From IMG/VR virus record IMGVR_UViG_3300037264_002389, positions 10,545 through 74,544 of that record: a stretch of 64,000 bases of DNA; one strand, written 5' to 3'. This DNA is from a virus. Its lineage: Duplodnaviria; Heunggongvirae; Uroviricota; Caudoviricetes. The notes below the pieces were generated by a model. It searched no databases. It was not told where the DNA came from and saw nothing but the letters and a program-made list of their open reading frames with translations. Shown in pieces: positions 57,329 through 64,000 of the stretch. The translations under genes were made by a program, and so were the position numbers. Within the stretch, counting starts at the first letter, position 1; each line of letters begins with the position of its first letter.

Positions 57329-58396
57329 ATGCTCATCGGCATCTTTACCAAAATGGACGGCCTAGCCGGAACAGAACACCGCGCCATAGAAATGGCCAAT
57401 GCCATAGTACGATATACAAACCACGAATGTACCTTATTCTGCGAACGTGGCATTACCCAATATATGCTTAGCAAAGCCGATCCAAATGTCAAAATCGCAA
57501 TTGAAACATTCGGTGAAAGAGGAATTAGTGCCAACCAACTCTATCAATTAGATAGCTTACTTGTTATTAATTCTGATATACATGAATTCTCACAATTAAC
57601 CTATTGGCAAGGCAGAACCGATCGTCATAGATTTAGCATCGAAATTAATAAGATACCACAGGTAATATTCCTATATAATTCAATATTGGACCCAGCTTCT
57701 AAGTTACACGAAATAGCTGCAGTTTGCCCAAATACCAGAATTATTTGTGCCAACAAAGAAATGAGCAATATACTTAGCACCGATAAGAAATATTCAGAGA
57801 TCAGATTTTTGCCACGGTTAATCTTGGAAAGTCCAATTGACCCACACACTGGTAATTATCAGAAGAATCCATATAATAAGATCAGAATTGGGCGACATAC
57901 TAATTGTCAATCGTACAAATTCAATGAGGATCATGTCAAGTTAATTAAAATGGTTAATGAGACTTATGGGTACCAAGTTATTTGGGATTTTATGGGAGTT
58001 CCATCTAATAGAGAGAAGGAATTGTCGCAGTTTAAGAATGTAATAATAAGGAAGCCATTTTCGACTAATGTACCTGACTACTTTAGAGATATTGATATAT
58101 ATCTACAATTTATTAATTATACATATAATGAGCCATGGTCACGTGGAGTGGCAGAGGCAATGCGATGTGGGTGTCCTGTATTGGCAACGAATAGAGGAGG
58201 GCATCGCGATCAGATTATTCAAGGAAATACGGGTTATCTCTGTGATACTCTGGATGATTTCTATAAGCATCTTGTTGGGTTGTTAGACAACCCACAAATT
58301 ATACATGTCTTAGGTTTTAATGCACATATTCATGCGAAGCAATTCTTGTCAATAAACATAATTGGTAAATATTTAGATTTTATAACGTCGAAATAA
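57329..58396 (+). CDS. GT-B glycosyltransferase (GT4-like); start chosen inside ORF 57182..58396
   Basis: C-terminal GVAEAMRCGCPVLATNRGGHRDQI...GNTGYL, the EX7E-region signature of GT4 enzymes. The upstream part of the ORF overlaps the previous gene, and MLIGIFTK... is a more GT-like N-terminus. Confidence 0.6.
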   Translation: MLIGIFTKMDGLAGTEHRAIEMANAIVRYTNHECTLFCERGITQYMLSKADPNVKIAIETFGERGISANQLYQLDSLLVINSDIHEFSQLTYWQGRTDRHRFSIEINKIPQVIFLYNSILDPASKLHEIAAVCPNTRIICANKEMSNILSTDKKYSEIRFLPRLILESPIDPHTGNYQKNPYNKIRIGRHTNCQSYKFNEDHVKLIKMVNETYGYQVIWDFMGVPSNREKELSQFKNVIIRKPFSTNVPDYFRDIDIYLQFINYTYNEPWSRGVAEAMRCGCPVLATNRGGHRDQIIQGNTGYLCDTLDDFYKHLVGLLDNPQIIHVLGFNAHIHAKQFLSINIIGKYLDFITSK

Positions 58397-58403
58397 TCAG
58401 GGG

Positions 58404-58607
58404 GTGATGATGCAAGGGATAACCGAGTTCAACATGATACATGGACAGAGGCTTCTAGTTCCTTCCGATTATATTATTTATACTATTATTAATAATGATG
58501 GGACAGCATATGTGAAAATCAAAGATGTGTCCGAAACATTCTTGGTTAAGTGGCCTCCGTCGAAACCTGATACATCAATCGAAGACCATCAGAACGCAAG
58601 TCAATGA
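58404..58607 (+). CDS. hypothetical small protein
   Basis: 67 aa. Confidence 0.3.
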   Translation: MMMQGITEFNMIHGQRLLVPSDYIIYTIINNDGTAYVKIKDVSETFLVKWPPSKPDTSIEDHQNASQ

Positions 58608-58643
58608 ATTGAAGTTATATATCAAAAATACATAGGACTTATT

Positions 58644-58877
58644 ATGAAGACCAAGAATAAGCAACGGATTGGGCATCTAGTCGGTATAGGTTATGATAGT
58701 GATGGCCATGTTCGGATAACCAAGGGCGATGACTTTAGCATTATTGGTGGTAGTAAAAAGACCCATGAGCAGCTCCAAGAAAAAGTGACCAAGTTCAATG
58801 AGTGTCTAAAAAGGAAGGGTAAGAGTATCCATGATATTAGTCGGAGAGAATTCTTCGACATTATGGATAGAATTTAA
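58644..58877 (+). CDS. hypothetical small protein
   Basis: 77 aa. Confidence 0.35.
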   Translation: MKTKNKQRIGHLVGIGYDSDGHVRITKGDDFSIIGGSKKTHEQLQEKVTKFNECLKRKGKSIHDISRREFFDIMDRI

Positions 58878-59466
58878 TAGTTTAGATTATCACGATATAA
58901 TCAATATAATGAAAGAGTTGAGCAATTTAGAAATCGTTATGCTTGCTTTTAATGAAATTGGCTCGCTTGGTGAGTCAATACACCAAGAACACATTTATGC
59001 GAAATGTTTCGAACTTGCTCCTCAGCGGTTTGCTTGGAGATTACCAGAATATAATAAATGGCCCAATACTGAGATGATCCGTAGAGCTTTGCGCACTGCA
59101 AGCAGGAGCGGCTTAATTGGGTATCATGCTATCCAATGGTACTTGACTCCGAAGGGGATTAGTTGGCTACAAGAAAATAGCTCTGATAAGCACATTGCTT
59201 CGTCCAATAATATTAAGGCTGATTATACATTTTTCCACCGAGCGCAGAAGTCCGTATTGTTCCAACGCTATCTTAAATTAGGCAGGATGAAGAAGACAGA
59301 CAGATGTTTGTTCACGGACATGCTCAGCTTGCCACCTCTGGCTGAACAGAACCTGATTAGAAGTAAGGTTAACTCATTAGAGATAATTGCAAACGACACA
59401 CAAGACGATAAATTTGGCGGTTTTATTAAAGAGGCTAAACATTTATTCATAGAGACTGTAAAATGA
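58831..59466 (+). CDS. hypothetical protein
   Basis: 211 aa. Confidence 0.4.
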   Translation: MILVGENSSTLWIEFNSLDYHDIINIMKELSNLEIVMLAFNEIGSLGESIHQEHIYAKCFELAPQRFAWRLPEYNKWPNTEMIRRALRTASRSGLIGYHAIQWYLTPKGISWLQENSSDKHIASSNNIKADYTFFHRAQKSVLFQRYLKLGRMKKTDRCLFTDMLSLPPLAEQNLIRSKVNSLEIIANDTQDDKFGGFIKEAKHLFIETVK

Positions 59467-59511
59467 ACACAAAATTTCGCTTTCGCTTTCTAACCTTCTG
59501 GAGGTAGTAAA

Positions 59512-61734
59512 ATGAGCACTACGGCGATACAAGCTTTGCCCAGGCAAATTATGCAGTTGACCGCTCGTGCGATTGGTCAACAAGCCAGTGAGCGCATAAC
59601 CGACATTAGTTGGTTGTTATTGGAATTGATCACGAATAGCGACGATATTTATGCTGTACTTGGTGTTCAACGCGATGTATGGATCGAAATCATCTATAAG
59701 AAAGAGAATTCGATAATCATTTATAAGGACAATGGAAGTGGTCTTACTTATGAGGAACAGTTACAAAAGTTGAACCGTTATGGTGCGCACACATCGGCTG
59801 AAGGGGTGCGTGGTTTCTTTTCCGTAGGGGCTAAAGACATCATCCCACATGTTAATGATTTCGTTATTGTGTCTTTTAAAGATGGCCAATATTACAGGTC
59901 GAAATATTTTATTGAGTCTAATGGTTCTTATTCGTTATTTCCAGTTGATGACGACAACAATAAGATTCATAATACGGAAGGCAGACCAGCATCTAAAAAG
60001 GATTATGAGAGTTTCGATTTTAAGCCGGGGATGAATGGTTTAATTTTCATCCTAGATGGAATCCGCCTAAATTTGCCACGTTATAAGAATCTATGCGCTT
60101 TGTTATCAGAACTTCCGCAATTGCGTTTAATTATGATGAATCGGTCTAGTCATGGTATTAAAAAGATAGTTGTTAGTTGTCGTGATGAGTCACAAGAATT
60201 GAATTATGAGGAACCTAAAGGTGAATTGTTATTTAGTAGGGTTATTACTAGTAATATCATGAAGGACGCTAAGATTAAGTTAGTTGTGTTTCAATCCCAT
60301 AAGCCATTGATTGACGGCGACTATTATCCACGGAATGGTTTTATTGTCACGGCAGGTCGCATGGCAATAGAACATACATATTTTGATCACGCGTTTAAGA
60401 ATTGTCAAGCTACGCAATATGTCTATGGCGAATTACGTATTCCATATGATTTAGTTAGGGGTTTGTTGGTCGAGTATGATGTTATTGAGCGAGAAAAGAG
60501 TAAGCGTCCAATACACAATGATCGGTGTCTATTAAGGCCGACCAGAAAAGAAGGGCTTGATAAGAACCACCCATTTGTAAAAGATTTATTTGAACAAGTT
60601 CGATTGATTCTCATGGATGAAGTGGTTGGTGAACAGGGTGATGGTGAATTGCCTAAGGAGTTTATTGACGAGTTTATGCGTCTTGCGATGGAAGAATGTC
60701 AGGATGAGGGCGACGAGGAAGATGGTGAATATGACGACGATTTTCTAACCAAAGCCCTTGGACAAGATGGTGTCTATATTATGCCACAAAATATTAAGAT
60801 GTTTAAGGATAGTGTGCGCCGGTTGTCTATTTATGTGAATAATGATCTAATCACAGATAAGAAAGATCAGAAAGTAATCAAATTGGAGATGGAGCAGGAT
60901 AAGAATTTGATTATCGCCAAGCGGCGACCAAATGATCCCACGCGTGGTCCGAGGGAGATGACACAAAAGATTAATCTTCCGGTGCGCCAAATGGGCAAAC
61001 GGTTTGGTGCTCAGGTTGATATTATTAGTAGATCACTTATTGGGACGACAAAATTAACTGCGAGTTTTGAAGATGCTTATAAGAATGAGACAACAGTTGA
61101 AATAGACAATTATAAAGTAATTGGATTAATGCAGTTCTTTCGTCCTCAATTTAGTGTGAAAGTTGGCCATGGCAAACGAATATCGCTGGATATTAATGCT
61201 GACGAACTTGATTTGAAACAGATTAAGCAAGTTAAGCTCTCAATGGAACCGAAGGGTCTAGTAACTATTGAGCATGGTGGGAAACCAGTCTATAATGATG
61301 TCAAGAAGTGTTATGAATATTGGGTGTCTGTTACGGCTAAGGCTGTAGGTAAGGTAAACCTAACGGCTGAGTTACAATATGGTCTAATGAAGAGGAAGGG
61401 TGAATCAACTAAGAAAGCACAGGTTGAGTGTGCGGTTAATGTTTATCCTGCGCAACAAGTTACACCAGCTAAAATTGAGATCGATAAGAGTGAAACGTCG
61501 AGCATGTTTGAATGGGTGCCAAATACTAAGATTCCGACATTGAAGGTTTATATTGGCAACAAGTCTGTCAAAAAAATAATTAATGATCCGGTGTTGTATA
61601 AGAATCTGATTATTCTACCAGCATTCGCGTCGAGGAATGCAATTAAGACGATTGGTAAGGTGGAAGGGGTTGAAGAGTATAGTCATGAGTATCAGGCTGA
61701 GATGACTAGGTTTCTGCGAAGAGGTCTAAAATGA
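59512..61734 (+). CDS. GHKL-superfamily ATPase (Bergerat fold; Hsp90/MORC/MutL/Topo VI-B-like N-terminal domain) with a ~540-aa C-terminal extension
   Basis: N-box ELITNSDDIY (ExxxNSxDA), G1 box IYKDNGSGLT, G2-like EGVRGFFSVGAKD; 740 aa. Confidence 0.6.
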   Translation: MSTTAIQALPRQIMQLTARAIGQQASERITDISWLLLELITNSDDIYAVLGVQRDVWIEIIYKKENSIIIYKDNGSGLTYEEQLQKLNRYGAHTSAEGVRGFFSVGAKDIIPHVNDFVIVSFKDGQYYRSKYFIESNGSYSLFPVDDDNNKIHNTEGRPASKKDYESFDFKPGMNGLIFILDGIRLNLPRYKNLCALLSELPQLRLIMMNRSSHGIKKIVVSCRDESQELNYEEPKGELLFSRVITSNIMKDAKIKLVVFQSHKPLIDGDYYPRNGFIVTAGRMAIEHTYFDHAFKNCQATQYVYGELRIPYDLVRGLLVEYDVIEREKSKRPIHNDRCLLRPTRKEGLDKNHPFVKDLFEQVRLILMDEVVGEQGDGELPKEFIDEFMRLAMEECQDEGDEEDGEYDDDFLTKALGQDGVYIMPQNIKMFKDSVRRLSIYVNNDLITDKKDQKVIKLEMEQDKNLIIAKRRPNDPTRGPREMTQKINLPVRQMGKRFGAQVDIISRSLIGTTKLTASFEDAYKNETTVEIDNYKVIGLMQFFRPQFSVKVGHGKRISLDINADELDLKQIKQVKLSMEPKGLVTIEHGGKPVYNDVKKCYEYWVSVTAKAVGKVNLTAELQYGLMKRKGESTKKAQVECAVNVYPAQQVTPAKIEIDKSETSSMFEWVPNTKIPTLKVYIGNKSVKKIINDPVLYKNLIILPAFASRNAIKTIGKVEGVEEYSHEYQAEMTRFLRRGLK

Positions 61735-62009
61735 AACGTAATCCGGTGAATAATCTTGAAAAAGAATTAAACAAGATTTTTATTGACATTGATCCGGAAG
61801 GATTGATTAGGATGGGTGCTTATTCTGATGAATATAATTCAGAAGTTCGAACACTGATTAAACAGCGTAATAAGTGTACAAATGTGCGGCAAACTGCAAC
61901 AGTAATTGCTAAGATATTTAATGAATCTTTTGGTTCACAATACCACAAGCCAAAAGCGTATATGAAGGCCGCGAAGAATATATTGAAAACATTGGCCGAA
62001 CAGAAATGA
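61731..62009 (+). CDS. hypothetical protein
   Basis: 92 aa, overlapping the previous stop. Confidence 0.35.
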   Translation: MKRNPVNNLEKELNKIFIDIDPEGLIRMGAYSDEYNSEVRTLIKQRNKCTNVRQTATVIAKIFNESFGSQYHKPKAYMKAAKNILKTLAEQK

Positions 62010-62233
62010 AGAAAATTAAGGCATTCAACCCCGAAACTGGAAAAGTTGATTTGGAAGTTAAAATTCCAGATGGTAGACCAAGTGAGTATGTGTGTAAAAG
62101 TTGTGGCGATGTGGTAGGCGGTTGTTTCGAGAAATATGTAGATGTAGGCCACATGGAGAGCCGATTGCAATATATCTGTTGTCCACGTTGTGGTTTGAGC
62201 GGCTCAGAGAATATTAAGATTCGACATTATTAA
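62006..62233 (+). CDS. small zinc-ribbon protein
   Basis: CKSCG...CCPRCG; 75 aa. Confidence 0.35.
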   Translation: MKKIKAFNPETGKVDLEVKIPDGRPSEYVCKSCGDVVGGCFEKYVDVGHMESRLQYICCPRCGLSGSENIKIRHY

Positions 62234-62784
62234 GATTCTATCGTTCCGCGTTCCGTTTCAACTCTCTTAATGATTTTAGTTAGGTCGTTCCATACGTCTC
62301 GCTGTACTTTATCCTTGACTTTCTTCCAATCAACTGGTTCCTTAGTAACCTTGAGGACGCGATAGATGTCGCCAATATCGCTTGGGTCACCGCGTCGTAA
62401 TTTGATGATGATTAGATCAGTTAGGCTAGCTATGTGTGGGTTGGCCAAGCTTGATTTAATTTCTGATGTCTTCGGGAAAATACCACCACCGAGCAATACA
62501 TCTACTTGCATACCTGTCTTTTTGTGTAGTAGGTTACCGAAGTTACTACCTGGCGTGATTTTCTTTCTGAAGTCTTGACTATCTAATTTGTCGAAGTCGT
62601 CTTGGTCGATAACCACGTCAATGTCTCTAGTTAAGCGTTCCCATCCATGGTATGTAACTGCTACTCCTCCGACCACATAGAATTTGATGCCTGTTTTCTG
62701 TAGGTCAGCTATGATCTGTGAGAAGAGTTTAGCTGATTCATCTAGTCTTTGCAATGCTTGGTCGATGCGGTTGCTGAAGTTCAT
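62230..62784 (-). CDS. minimal nucleotidyltransferase (Pol-beta superfamily, MNT-like)
   Basis: VVGGVAVTYHGWERLTRDIDVVID gives the GG-x(n)-[DE]xD nucleotidyltransferase signature; 184 aa; minus strand. Confidence 0.55.
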   Translation of the reverse strand: MNFSNRIDQALQRLDESAKLFSQIIADLQKTGIKFYVVGGVAVTYHGWERLTRDIDVVIDQDDFDKLDSQDFRKKITPGSNFGNLLHKKTGMQVDVLLGGGIFPKTSEIKSSLANPHIASLTDLIIIKLRRGDPSDIGDIYRVLKVTKEPVDWKKVKDKVQRDVWNDLTKIIKRVETERGTIES

Positions 62785-62939
62785 TTAGGTTGACGCTCCA
62801 CTGTTAGTATATTTTATCGCGTTATTGAGGTTAGTGGAATTATTTGTGTTAATAATCATGATTTCTCGAATTAGAAGCGAGTATGATTGATCGATATAAT
62901 TCCTAATGATACAAAAATATGGGTCAAGGAGACTAAGCC

Positions 62940-63875
62940 ATGCGCTTTATGATTATTTCTCTGTTATTGTTGTCTTTGCAGTTAGTTGGTGAAGAATCGA
63001 CGATTATCGGTAAGGCACATATTAAGACTGATCCGGCTGGAGCTGAAATCTTTAAGGCAGATGTTAGCCTTGGGAAAACACCATGTTTGATTGATCTTGG
63101 AGCGGGTGGTTCTCATATGTTGGTGGTTAGATTGAAGGGCTACGTGGACAAAGTTTTAAATATTGAGATTAAAGATGCTTCAATTCATAAGTTAGATGTG
63201 GTTAAACTAGAAGCAATTAAGGTGAAGTTTGATGTAGTATTCCTTGAGGAAGGATGGGAGATTGTTGTTGATAAGGTTTCTTATGTTAAGGATGGTAAGC
63301 CGGTTACTGCTCCTGCTACTATTGAAATCATACCTGGTCAGCACGAGATTAAGCTAGTTAAAGACAATTTTCAAGACATTGTGGGTAAGGTTGACACTGA
63401 GAAGGTTAAGCAATGGGAAGTGACCGACAAGCCTAAGCAGGGGCGAAGTAGCAAAACCATAGTCAAAAATGAGACACAAATTCAAACCGAATCAAATAAG
63501 GGATTGTTGCTGATTACGGGAAATGAACGTAAAACATATTTGAATGATTCTCAACTTCTTTTGCCTAGTGCAAAAACTAAGACCTCTTTTACCGGGTGGT
63601 TAGTGTTGCCGGAAAATTTTAAATCGTTGCGTCTTAGAAGTGGTAGCGCGGTTGGCAGTGAAGGATTGAAATTTTCAATCGAAGGACAAACATTAATCTT
63701 TGACGCTGTTAAGTTGCATAGATTTGTTGTGGTTCCACCAAAATATCAAAGAAGAGTTAAGTTGTGCATTGATCGATCTATTGCTGTTAATGAGTTTCCA
63801 TGGGGGCCTCTAGAATGGTCAATTGATGATTCTGATTGGATTGCTATTCCTTTAGAGAATTTATACACGCGTTAA
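62940..63875 (+). CDS. secreted or exported protein with an N-terminal signal peptide
   Basis: MRFMIISLLLLSLQLVG hydrophobic leader; 311 aa. Confidence 0.45.
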   Translation: MRFMIISLLLLSLQLVGEESTIIGKAHIKTDPAGAEIFKADVSLGKTPCLIDLGAGGSHMLVVRLKGYVDKVLNIEIKDASIHKLDVVKLEAIKVKFDVVFLEEGWEIVVDKVSYVKDGKPVTAPATIEIIPGQHEIKLVKDNFQDIVGKVDTEKVKQWEVTDKPKQGRSSKTIVKNETQIQTESNKGLLLITGNERKTYLNDSQLLLPSAKTKTSFTGWLVLPENFKSLRLRSGSAVGSEGLKFSIEGQTLIFDAVKLHRFVVVPPKYQRRVKLCIDRSIAVNEFPWGPLEWSIDDSDWIAIPLENLYTR

Positions 63876-64000
63876 TCATTTTCGTGTAATCTTGTTTCCA
63901 ATTTGGTTGAATATTATATAACAATGGCAAATTTATTTTATTGACATACTTTCCTACCTCATTTTGTCCACGATTCCAACCAAATGATGACAAATGATAG

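Overview
This window reads as part of a large T4-like myovirus genome, about 40% GC, with nearly all genes on the + strand. The structural core follows the T4 order. It runs from a gp18-like tail sheath, through three tandem gp19-like tail-tube paralogs, an SF2 helicase and a candidate small terminase, to a gp17-like large terminase. A gp20-like portal follows, interrupted by an intein that carries a LAGLIDADG homing endonuclease. Then come a very large acidic repeat protein with zinc ribbons, a gp21-like prohead protease, a coiled-coil scaffold protein and a gp23-like major capsid protein. The capsid and scaffold genes are about 58% GC. The second half (about 29.6-64 kb) is accessory and mosaic. 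It holds a short gene insertion flanked by 30-bp direct repeats, and a flotillin/SPFH gene broken by an in-frame TGA. It also holds a recombination scar that duplicates the 5' end of a collagen-like tail-fibre gene, and a GC-rich 634-bp island bounded by perfect 17-bp inverted repeats. The most unusual module lies at 43.7-50.6 kb. A Topo VI-A/Spo11-like 'mini-A' protein sits directly upstream of a tRNA-like RNA element followed by three iterated stem-loops, which are candidate Y RNA(s). Next is a clear Ro60/Rsr (TROVE plus vWA) orthologue and a three-gene operon of unknown function, closed by a strong terminator. Further downstream are a SpoT/Mesh1-type small alarmone hydrolase, a free-standing LAGLIDADG homing endonuclease, a virion protein with a dockerin-like duplicated calcium-binding segment, a glycosyltransferase, a 740-aa GHKL ATPase and a minimal nucleotidyltransferase. 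All calls rest on motif recognition by eye; no database search was possible.
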